From positions 2,423 to 66,422 of the forward strand of contig CAZLJP010000002.1 of assembly GCA_964559915.1 (NCBI GenBank): a stretch of 64,000 nucleotides of DNA. The letters are read 5' to 3'. The notes beneath the pieces were generated by a model. The model did not search any database. It saw only the letters and a program-made list of their open reading frames with translations, and had not been told where the DNA came from. Of this stretch, positions 38,930 to 46,231 are shown one piece after another. Every line of letters begins with the position of its first letter. Position 1 is the first letter of the stretch. A program made the position numbers and the translations under genes. Source of the stretch: an uncultured Candidatus Saccharibacteria bacterium. Its GTDB lineage: Bacteria > Patescibacteriota > Saccharimonadia > Saccharimonadales > JALRHH01.

Positions 38930-39185
38930 TTGTGGTTTTATATCTGTAACTTAACATACATAGAAATTTTGGCACATAGATATATGTGCGTCAAATAATT
39001 GTTAGGTGTGAGGCTTCTATTTACAGGTATTGCAAGGTTAATATTCAATAACCCCAACAAGGTCGGTGTCAACTGTTTCTTCTATCGTGTTGGCTAGCTC
39101 GCAGTACCGGTACGCACATACGGCAACTTCATGCCAAAACTTCCTTTATCAGTCGTAACTTACACTCATCAAAATCCACACTTGC

Positions 39186-39215
39186 GGTTCGAAACTCGTC
39201 TGCTACCGGGAGCCA
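39186..39215 (+). repeat. tRNA-3'-end-like motif copy (ggttcgaaactcgtctgctaccgggagcca)
   Basis: Shares GGTTCGAA and CGGGAGCCA with the tRNA-Asn 3' end; internal 4-bp stem CTCG/CGGG with an 8-nt loop; followed by the terminator CACTTTG/CAAGGTG and TTTTTGTTT. Confidence 0.6.
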
Positions 39216-39273
39216 AGCATAAGCACTTTGTTGAAAGGCAAGGTGTTTTTGTTTAATTTGCTAAAATAATCAA

Positions 39274-39642
39274 ATGATAGAAATTGGCATTGAAACATCA
39301 ATTCTAGAAGACATCCTCTCTGGCAAAAAAACTATTGAATGCAGGCTAGGCAAGCAAAAGTTTCTGAAGATTAGGCCTGGAGACGTATTAAGCATTCGAG
39401 AAGATACATGGAAAGGTGACAAGATACTTCGCAGTATTCCAAATAGGGCAGAGATAAAGGTCACTCAAATTTTATATTTTGAAACTTTTACTGAGGCGTT
39501 CGCATCAATAGACTTTAAGGAAGCCATCCCAAGTGCAGCCTCGCCCAGTGAGGCAGTGGAAGCATATCGTAAATTTTATACTTCGGAAGACGAAAAAAAG
39601 TACGGGGTGGTAGCTATATATTTTGAACTCTTGCAGTTCTAA
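39274..39642 (+). CDS. ASCH (PUA-like) domain protein
   Basis: 122 aa; LSGKKTIECRLGK...IRPGD pattern typical of ASCH domains. Confidence 0.55.
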   Translation: MIEIGIETSILEDILSGKKTIECRLGKQKFLKIRPGDVLSIREDTWKGDKILRSIPNRAEIKVTQILYFETFTEAFASIDFKEAIPSAASPSEAVEAYRKFYTSEDEKKYGVVAIYFELLQF

Positions 39643-39664
39643 CCTCATCGACTAGAGGGAGTTA
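39636..39664 (+). repeat. tRNA-3'-end-like motif copy (gttctaacctcatcgactagagggagtta)
   Basis: 25/29 identical to 40208-40236; stem CCTC/GAGG with an 8-nt loop; overlaps the stop codon of the ASCH gene. Confidence 0.6.
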
Positions 39665-39703
39665 TAACGCTTAAGCTTTACAAACTATCATTTTTGTGGT
39701 ATT

Positions 39704-40198
39704 TTGTTTTTTATGTCAGAGGCATTCTCACCGCCAACCCAGCAAAAGCACGATGAACCGCATCTTGCACAAGATGTATTACTTTGGATAGTAAATGATT
39801 ACTTCCCGACAGAAGAAGATAGAGAGTTAGCCGAGTCTAGAAAAGCCGAAATCTTGGACGACATCCCATTTGATGTTTTGTATGCTCATTTAAATGATGA
39901 AGGTGAAGTGGGTATGGATGCCGATTATATTGGTGGTCTCCTATTACTAGCAAAAGAACGTATAGATGCAACTCCTGATGCAACCTCACAACTCACCAAT
40001 CTCAACATTATTCGCAACATGTCTGGTCACAATTTGAGTAAACCTACACCAACAGGTTTTCAATCACTCGCGCCCTCAAAGATACTGCGTGGCGAACTTG
40101 GACAAGAAACACAACTCGATTTCTTGCGAGGAATATTCTACGGAGTGCAGCTTGCAATTGAAGCCACTCAAATGGAAGATAAAGTTACTGAGGCATAA
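39704..40198 (+). CDS. hypothetical acidic protein
   Basis: 164-aa ORF (alternative ATG at 39713); no family recognised. Confidence 0.5.
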   Translation: MFFMSEAFSPPTQQKHDEPHLAQDVLLWIVNDYFPTEEDRELAESRKAEILDDIPFDVLYAHLNDEGEVGMDADYIGGLLLLAKERIDATPDATSQLTNLNIIRNMSGHNLSKPTPTGFQSLAPSKILRGELGQETQLDFLRGIFYGVQLAIEATQMEDKVTEA

Positions 40199-40206
40199 TT
40201 AGAATT

Positions 40207-40236
40207 AGTTCCAACCTCGTCGACTAGAGGGAGCCA
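40207..40236 (+). repeat. tRNA-3'-end-like motif copy (agttccaacctcgtcgactagagggagcca)
   Basis: Ends in GGGAGCCAT like the tRNA-Asn; stem CCTC/GAGG with an 8-nt loop; followed by a terminator ending GGGTCTTTTTT, as after the genuine tRNA. Confidence 0.65.
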
Positions 40237-40347
40237 TACAGAAAAGATCCTTATTCGAGGGTCTTTTTTGTATCTCCCCGTGTCGCATCCGAATTGGTGA
40301 CCGCAGATTTTCTTTAGAAAATATACAAGGTTGCCGAGTTTGGTCAT

Positions 40348-40387
40348 CAAGACCGCGCACAGGAGCTTGCTCCAAACACGGTTGCAG
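40348..40387. repeat. copy B of the 40-nt conserved core (GGAGCTTGCTCC hairpin)
   Basis: 31/40 identical to 37837-37876; same position relative to a preceding GGGAGCCAT motif and GGGTCTTTTTT terminator. Confidence 0.6.
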
Positions 40388-40592
40388 ATGTGCAACTATC
40401 CGAGCCCAAATTTGTTATTATAAGCGCAGGAATAGTAAACAGAAATCTTACGTAAACCAATTGTTTATTTTTTATGTTCAAAGTGCTACATTTACGAGAG
40501 ATGTGGCCAGGAGTCTTTGCATAAAAGCTGAGGGGGAAGACAACCTGTGACGTTATTATTTAATAAAGCTGAGATTCTAAGAAGGATGCGAG

Positions 40593-41978
40593 ATGGTAAA
40601 AGTTACAAAAATTGACACACCAGAACCAAGCAAGCATACGAAAAAGTCGTTGACCTCACTAGGTGTATTTAAGCGATGGTACACGAGGAAACCAGTAATT
40701 ATCACACTTTTGATATTTTTATTCCCTGTAGGCCTGGCACTAATGTGGAAGTTTGCTGTATGGACTAAAAAGACCAGGTGGGTTGTCACGGGGGTGACGG
40801 CGTTGTTAGTAATATTGGGTGCAATCGGTATCTACAACTCCACCCCTTCTATCGTCGTCAACAACACAAAAGGCAACAAGATAAACACTGATGATAGAGA
40901 ATATACACTTATGGGCAGAGTGTCTACGGCTAAGGGCGTAGCTAACCTGACTATTGATGGGCGATTCGTGTCCCTTACTGAAGACTCGGAATTCTCATAT
41001 AAAGTATCACTAGAAGAGGGTGATAATACTTTTAATCTAGCCTCCACAAATGAAAATGGTACATACGAAAAGTCAATACAGATACACCGTACAACCCAAG
41101 CTGAATTTGCAGCCAGAGCAGAATCAGAGAAGCTCAAAGCCGATAAAAATACCAACAAAGAGAGAAAAACTGAAGCACCAGCCCAGAAAAGCACAAATAG
41201 CGATGCATTCTACATCAACAATGCGTATTACAAAGGTGACAGTAAATACGACGTTGTCGTATACAGTTCCAGCAAGGATACTTTACAAATCTATATCAAT
41301 GACAAAAATCCAGTAAAAACCAAAGTAAACGATGAGGGTTGGGCTACGTTTAAGAATATCAAACTTAGCGGACGGTCAAAGCTGAGCTTTGCAAAAAAAG
41401 TTGGATGGATTAAGTATTCTCCTGTAAATTACGTTAAGTATATAAGCGTAGGCGGTAAGCAAGTAAAGTTAATGGATGCTGCCGAAGCGGTAGCGCTTGA
41501 TAAAGCTGATGCCGAAGCCAAAGCGGCAGCTGAAGCCAAGGCTCAAGCTGAAGCACAAGCCCAACACAACGCATATATAGGCGGCCTAGCAAAAACGTAC
41601 TGTTCAAATCATGCTGCGTGGAGAAAAATATATGTACCGCAAAGCACTTCAAAAGATGCGTGGGATAACCCGAACAAAGACTTAGTAACTACAAACCCTA
41701 AACAATCAGATTGCGTAACGATAATGACATTTTTTGTCGATGTTATGCTTTCAGAACACGTGGATAACATTGTCAATAAGAAAGTGGCAGTCGACATGAA
41801 TAGGGCTGAGGTGCTTGCATCTTGGGGTTGGCCCAATAACAACAGTAACTACTCATCGAGCTTAGGATCGTCTGATACTTGGAACTACAACACCGGAACT
41901 TGCTACTACGGTATATGTCCCAACCAGCAGTATGTTAATTTCTATAATGGCAAGGTGACAAGCACCGGAAATTACTAA
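40593..41978 (+). CDS. membrane-anchored extracytoplasmic hypothetical protein with an Ala/Glu/Lys/Gln-rich linker
   Basis: 461 aa; two N-terminal TM segments, AEAKAAAEAKAQAEAQAQ low-complexity linker, Cys-containing C-terminal domain; SD AAGGA. Confidence 0.6.
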   Translation: MVKVTKIDTPEPSKHTKKSLTSLGVFKRWYTRKPVIITLLIFLFPVGLALMWKFAVWTKKTRWVVTGVTALLVILGAIGIYNSTPSIVVNNTKGNKINTDDREYTLMGRVSTAKGVANLTIDGRFVSLTEDSEFSYKVSLEEGDNTFNLASTNENGTYEKSIQIHRTTQAEFAARAESEKLKADKNTNKERKTEAPAQKSTNSDAFYINNAYYKGDSKYDVVVYSSSKDTLQIYINDKNPVKTKVNDEGWATFKNIKLSGRSKLSFAKKVGWIKYSPVNYVKYISVGGKQVKLMDAAEAVALDKADAEAKAAAEAKAQAEAQAQHNAYIGGLAKTYCSNHAAWRKIYVPQSTSKDAWDNPNKDLVTTNPKQSDCVTIMTFFVDVMLSEHVDNIVNKKVAVDMNRAEVLASWGWPNNNSNYSSSLGSSDTWNYNTGTCYYGICPNQQYVNFYNGKVTSTGNY

Positions 41979-42065
41979 GAAACATCACGAGCAAATCTTG
42001 AGAATATACTGCATGAATTTGGCGGCTCATACTCAATATATACCTTCAGGAAGTCATCACACTTC

Positions 42066-42095
42066 AGTTCGAAACTCGTTCACTAGCGGGAGCCA
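42066..42095 (+). repeat. tRNA-3'-end-like motif copy (agttcgaaactcgttcactagcgggagcca)
   Basis: Close relative of 39186-39215, including the upstream cacactt; stem CTCG/CGGG with an 8-nt loop; a terminator follows (CTTCTG/CAGAGG then TTTTGTTTT). Confidence 0.6.
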
Positions 42096-42151
42096 TGAGC
42101 ATTGTGACTTCTGTTTCAACAGAGGTTTTGTTTTATGCTATACTCAAAATT

Positions 42152-42334
42152 ATGAGTGAAACCATTAGCAATCCAGATGGTTTAGATGAGAACTTCTGGG
42201 GACCTGCACCTACCGAAGAAGACATTGCAACTGCTGAATTAGAAATGGCAGAACGTGCTAAAAAATGGGAAACTAATCCTCCTAAAAGACCAGCGTACTA
42301 TCAACGACACCCAGACGCCTCAGAGCCTATCTAG
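42152..42334 (+). CDS. small hypothetical protein (60 aa)
   Basis: ATG 8 nt after TATACT (42138-42143); the track ORF start at 42095 lies inside the repeat/terminator and is unlikely. Confidence 0.45.
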   Translation: MSETISNPDGLDENFWGPAPTEEDIATAELEMAERAKKWETNPPKRPAYYQRHPDASEPI

Positions 42335-42340
42335 AGAAGC

Positions 42341-42370
42341 AGTCCTAACCTAGTAAGTTAGAGGGAATTA
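42341..42370 (+). repeat. diverged tRNA-3'-end-like motif copy (agtcctaacctagtaagttagagggaatta)
   Basis: Aligns with the 39636 and 40207 copies; a weaker hairpin; followed by the terminator ACCTCTG/CAGAGGT and TTTTTGTTTT. Confidence 0.45.
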
Positions 42371-42425
42371 AAAGTATTTGACCTCTGTTAACGCAGAGGT
42401 TTTTGTTTTCTGTTAGTATAAAGAT

Positions 42426-43112
42426 ATGCACAAAGAGCTATCTATTACTCTTATTGGCTCATTCAAGAAAGATCCTGAAGCGTTAAAGATTCTCTTTAAA
42501 CAACTTTCTGAGCAGTACACCATTCTCTCTCCAAAAACTATTGATTGGGTTGACCCCAATGATGAGTTCTTACGTGCTAAGCATGAAGGTGATAAGACTG
42601 TTCAAGAAATTGAAGAAGCTCACTTACATGCAATCCGCAACTCCGACTTCACGGTACTAGTTACACCCGATGGTTACGTGGGTCTTAGTGGTTCTCTAGA
42701 AGTAGGGTTTGCTCATGCGTTGGGAATACCAGTCATCGCAACAGAGACAGTCAATGATCAGACTATTGCAGCCATGGTTGACGGTATCCTTGGTGAAACA
42801 ATTGGCACTCATGATTACGGACGTGGTCTCAAAGCCTTACAGAAACAGTACGCCACTATTGCTAAGCGCAATAAATGGGACAAAGAATCTGCTCGCGACA
42901 CGATGTTGCTTTTAACCGAAGAAGTCGGTGAGTTGGCTCGAGCAATTCGCAAACACGAGGGCCTGGACAGAGATGGTGGATTTGACGTTCAGCTGAGCGA
43001 AGAACTGGCGGATGTACAGATATACTTGGCGCACTTAGCAAACACTGTTTCTATTGATCTTGGCGATGCGGTCACTAATAAGATAATAAAGAACCAGAGT
43101 AAAAAGACATGA
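42426..43112 (+). CDS. fusion protein: nucleoside 2-deoxyribosyltransferase-like N-terminal domain plus MazG-type nucleotide pyrophosphohydrolase C-terminal domain
   Basis: 228 aa; C-terminal EEVGELARAIRK...EELADVQIYLAHLAN is a MazG signature; N-terminal IGSF...AIRNSDFTVLV...GYVGLSGSLEVGFAHALGIPV resembles the NDT/Rcl-like Rossmann fold. Confidence 0.55.
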   Translation: MHKELSITLIGSFKKDPEALKILFKQLSEQYTILSPKTIDWVDPNDEFLRAKHEGDKTVQEIEEAHLHAIRNSDFTVLVTPDGYVGLSGSLEVGFAHALGIPVIATETVNDQTIAAMVDGILGETIGTHDYGRGLKALQKQYATIAKRNKWDKESARDTMLLLTEEVGELARAIRKHEGLDRDGGFDVQLSEELADVQIYLAHLANTVSIDLGDAVTNKIIKNQSKKT

Positions 43113-43136
43113 ATTCATAACCCGTTCTGGTTATGC

Positions 43137-43164
43137 TTGCAGTTATTTCTTATAGGCATACAAT
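43137..43164 (+). promoter_or_regulatory. promoter TTGCAG-N16-TACAAT with upstream GGTTATGC
   Basis: Member of the TTATGCTTGC motif set; the downstream gene has a strong AGGAGGAGG SD. Confidence 0.4.
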
Positions 43165-43213
43165 ATTTAAAATTCTGACGAATGTTTTTAGATAAACCAT
43201 AGGAGGAGGCAAT

Positions 43214-43588
43214 ATGTTTGGTCACAAGAACGAAGAATGGAAAACTCCAGTTGGTGAACTCTTTGTACATAGTCATGTCTATGAATCACAAGATGGAGCC
43301 GAACATGAAGGACTTGAAGAAGTCACCACAAGAAGTGCTTTCAATTTCTCCAAGAAACTCGGCCGCTTAAGACAAAAGCACGCCCCAGAATCACAGGCCA
43401 TTATCCCAACTGGTGTCGATGAGATAGGGGAGTTTATTGCTGACTCATTCGGCAAACTGCGTGAAGCCTCAATGCAGCAATCTGATTTTATGTCAGGTGA
43501 TGTCTTTGTTGTTGGCAAGAACGGTAGTTTGCGGCGTATTAATGAAGATGGCTCACAACAACAAATCATTGAACCTAGCCGCGTATAG
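43214..43588 (+). CDS. hypothetical protein
   Basis: 124-aa ORF with a strong SD; no family recognised. Confidence 0.55.
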   Translation: MFGHKNEEWKTPVGELFVHSHVYESQDGAEHEGLEEVTTRSAFNFSKKLGRLRQKHAPESQAIIPTGVDEIGEFIADSFGKLREASMQQSDFMSGDVFVVGKNGSLRRINEDGSQQQIIEPSRV

Positions 43589-43621
43589 CAATAGTCGGAG
43601 AGGTTTTTGTTTTGGTTATGC

Positions 43622-43650
43622 TTGCAACTGGGCACGAGATTTGAAATATT
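43622..43650 (+). promoter_or_regulatory. promoter TTGCAA-N17-AATATT with upstream GGTTATGC, 6 nt before the ATG
   Basis: Read directly; leaderless geometry. Confidence 0.4.
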
Positions 43651-43656
43651 AAAGTC

Positions 43657-43941
43657 ATGTGTGAATTCAACAGCCCTTACTCTCTATCAAGTGGCCATTG
43701 CTTAGACAACCCAGCAGCGCCCAGCTACACCAGAACCGAGCCTATCGTACAGTCACCCCAGGCTTGGGAAACACGAGCGGCCGAGCTAGATGAAAGTCAT
43801 GCTGCAGTTATTGCCCAGGCAGAGAACGATGCAGCTGCACTGCAAGCTGATGTGCACTTTTATAAGTCACTTGGTTCAAAATTCATCGGGATTGCACTGA
43901 GGCCTGGCACTGGCCCAACAGTAAAAATCTGGGAACATTAG
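43657..43941 (+). CDS. hypothetical protein
   Basis: 94-aa ORF; no family recognised. Confidence 0.45.
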   Translation: MCEFNSPYSLSSGHCLDNPAAPSYTRTEPIVQSPQAWETRAAELDESHAAVIAQAENDAAALQADVHFYKSLGSKFIGIALRPGTGPTVKIWEH

Positions 43942-43942
43942 G

Positions 43943-43974
43943 ATTAGCCCCGCCCTCGTCCACCAGGGAACCCA
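43943..43974 (+). repeat. most diverged tRNA-3'-end-like motif copy (attagccccgccctcgtccaccagggaaccca)
   Basis: Stem CCCT/AGGG with an 8-nt loop; followed by agcataagcact, the same 12-mer that follows the 39186 copy. Confidence 0.45.
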
Positions 43975-44139
43975 GCATAAGCACTGTACGATTTTTGTAA
44001 TCTATGGTATAATTTACCCAAGCAAGTGGTTATTATAGCCTCTCCGTCTCTATAACTAGTCCTTCAAAAGACTTACTATCATTTTCGGGCAGACATACTA
44101 AGTATGAGTGATATTAAGTAAAAGCAAGGATACACAATT

Positions 44140-44400
44140 ATGGCAACTAAATTATACGTAGGTGGACTCTCATACAGCGTCAAAGATACTGATCTTGAGG
44201 CAATGTTTACAGAATTTGGCACCGTAGCCAGCGCAAAAGTAATCACTGACCGTGACAGCGGCCAATCAAAAGGTTTTGGATTTGTTGAGTTGAACGACGA
44301 TGCAGAAGCAAAAGCCGCAATTGCAGCCCTAAACGGCAAAGACGTTGAAGGCCGCAGCCTGACCGTCAACGAAGCACGTCCCCAAACTGACCGTCGCTAG
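44140..44400 (+). CDS. RRM-type RNA-binding protein
   Basis: 86 aa; RNP2 KLYVGGL and RNP1 KGFGFVEL; about 125-nt 5' UTR after an extended -10 (TGGTATAAT near 44005). Confidence 0.9.
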   Translation: MATKLYVGGLSYSVKDTDLEAMFTEFGTVASAKVITDRDSGQSKGFGFVELNDDAEAKAAIAALNGKDVEGRSLTVNEARPQTDRR

Positions 44401-44442
44401 TTAGTTTTAGCTCCAGCAACCTAAACAGTTAGTCTATTCGTC

Positions 44443-45492
44443 ATGTCCAAAATTAGTAAGTCTATTGAAATTGCCATCTCCACCAACAAGCGACTAAGCT
44501 CGATGAGCCTTGCGTCCCGTTTGGAAATTAAGGGTGTCCTGGAAAAGCAGTACAGCGATGTACGTATCACTGACATATGTGACAGTGAAGCACTTGATGA
44601 GCTGATTGCTCGCCAACCGGATTTGGTGTTTTTGGGCATGAAGTTTCTGAAGGGTGAATCGGGTACTAACACCGGTCCTATCTGGCTGAGCCAGCGTTTA
44701 TCTGAAGCGGGTATTGCATACACTGGTTCGGGCCGGGCTGCTTCGGCGCTTGAGCACAACAAACACTTGGCCAAACAGCAGGTCTCTAAGCATGGGCTGG
44801 CGACTGCTGCATCACTGCTTATCAAGCAGGGGATGCGCTATGGGGCACAAGACATCACCATTGGTTATCCGGTCTTTATTAAACCAGTGGATGGCGGCGG
44901 CGGGTCTGGTATTAATGAGCGTTCTCTTGTACATAACTTTGCTGCACTAAAGCTACAGATTGCATGGCTGATGGAGAACTACCAGGCTGACGTACTACTA
45001 GAAAGCTACCTGCCGGGCCGGGAGTTTAGCGTTGGCATACTACAAAAACCTTATTCAGCCCAGCCACACGCATTACCACTTGAAATAGTTGCGCCACTCA
45101 ATGGCACCGGCTCGCGGTTTCTGAGTAGCCGCATCAAGCAGGCAGATACAGAGCAAACCCTAAGAATCATGGACGAAGGCCTAAAAAGTAGCCTCAGCGG
45201 CTTTGCCATACGCGTATTTGAGGCACTCGGCGGCCGAGGCTACGGTCGAATTGATATCCGCATGGACTCTGATGGCACGCCGCACTTTCTTGAGGCAAAT
45301 TTACTGCCAAGTCTTCTGAATAACTACGGAAATTTGCCAAAAGCATCACTAATGAATATTGGCCTAACACACAGCCAGTTAATCCTGCAGATTGCGGCTC
45401 TGGGCATGAAAAGCAGCAGCAAACAACTACCCATTGCAGACAATCCATTGAGCTACATAGTGAGTACTACCCCTAAGCAGCTGCTCATATAA
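44443..45492 (+). CDS. ATP-grasp enzyme of the D-alanine--D-alanine ligase family
   Basis: 349 aa; YPVFIKPVDGGGGSGI, LLESYLPGREFSVGIL and GRIDIRMDSDGTPHFLEANLLPSL motifs. Confidence 0.7.
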   Translation: MSKISKSIEIAISTNKRLSSMSLASRLEIKGVLEKQYSDVRITDICDSEALDELIARQPDLVFLGMKFLKGESGTNTGPIWLSQRLSEAGIAYTGSGRAASALEHNKHLAKQQVSKHGLATAASLLIKQGMRYGAQDITIGYPVFIKPVDGGGGSGINERSLVHNFAALKLQIAWLMENYQADVLLESYLPGREFSVGILQKPYSAQPHALPLEIVAPLNGTGSRFLSSRIKQADTEQTLRIMDEGLKSSLSGFAIRVFEALGGRGYGRIDIRMDSDGTPHFLEANLLPSLLNNYGNLPKASLMNIGLTHSQLILQIAALGMKSSSKQLPIADNPLSYIVSTTPKQLLI

Positions 45493-45531
45493 ACATCTGG
45501 TCCTGGGTAATTATTTGTGTTTTGGTTATGC

Positions 45532-45560
45532 TTGCATTACCGGTAATTTAGCGCATAATG
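45532..45560 (+). promoter_or_regulatory. promoter TTGCAT-N16/17-CATAAT with upstream GGTTATGC, 8 nt before the ATG
   Basis: Read directly; leaderless geometry. Confidence 0.45.
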
Positions 45561-45567
45561 CACGATT

Positions 45568-46164
45568 ATGGAATTTGAATTCACAACCACTGATAGGCTC
45601 ATGACCGACAAACAGCTCGCCAACCATAGGCGCCTGTCCAGGGAGCGAATAGAAGCCTTGACCGACCAAAAGCAGCATATGGATGCCAGAAAAGCAGAGC
45701 TAGCACCACTGGTTGGAGCACTCATGTTTGATGCTTCGATTGTATACGATACCCTGCGACCGAATGCGCAGCACATTTCTGAGGCTACGATGGATTTCCC
45801 GCTAAAACATCAACAAATTAGCTTACATAAAGACTCTGTTTCTACGAGCGACCAGCTAATGATTCAACTACCCAACACTAACAGTCTGACTATTACACAA
45901 CTATCCCCTGAAGACGATTGGCATTTAAATATGATTCACAGTAGGCATATGGGCCCATTGACCACCGACCAGACCATACTAGAGGAGCTGGGCGGTCGGG
46001 ATATAAGTTTTAACACAGGCGTATTCCAATACTCAAAATTATGGAGCCGCAAGACATATTTTGTGGATGAGCCCTGCAGCTACTTCAATAACTACGCCGG
46101 GGCCGAGGAGCGTATTGAAATAATCAGCACAGATTTACAATCTGCCGTCAATCTTTATTCCTAG
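45568..46164 (+). CDS. hypothetical protein
   Basis: 198-aa ORF; no family recognised. Confidence 0.5.
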   Translation: MEFEFTTTDRLMTDKQLANHRRLSRERIEALTDQKQHMDARKAELAPLVGALMFDASIVYDTLRPNAQHISEATMDFPLKHQQISLHKDSVSTSDQLMIQLPNTNSLTITQLSPEDDWHLNMIHSRHMGPLTTDQTILEELGGRDISFNTGVFQYSKLWSRKTYFVDEPCSYFNNYAGAEERIEIISTDLQSAVNLYS

Positions 46165-46231
46165 AGTTATAGATTGAGTTTTACTAAGCGAGTCTGGAGC
46201 ACATAATAAGAAAACTTTGGGATGCTTATGC

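Noticed and set aside
39186-43974. Recurring ~30-nt motifs considered as a CRISPR array.
   Set aside because: Spacing is irregular (0.3-1.9 kb) with complete genes between copies. The copies are diverged rather than identical, and no cas genes are present.
44421-44825. A 134-aa minus-strand ORF overlapping the start of the Ddl-like gene, and a 96-aa minus-strand ORF over the RRM gene.
   Set aside because: Both are antisense to genes with clear family motifs (ATP-grasp; RNP1/RNP2) and show shadow composition.
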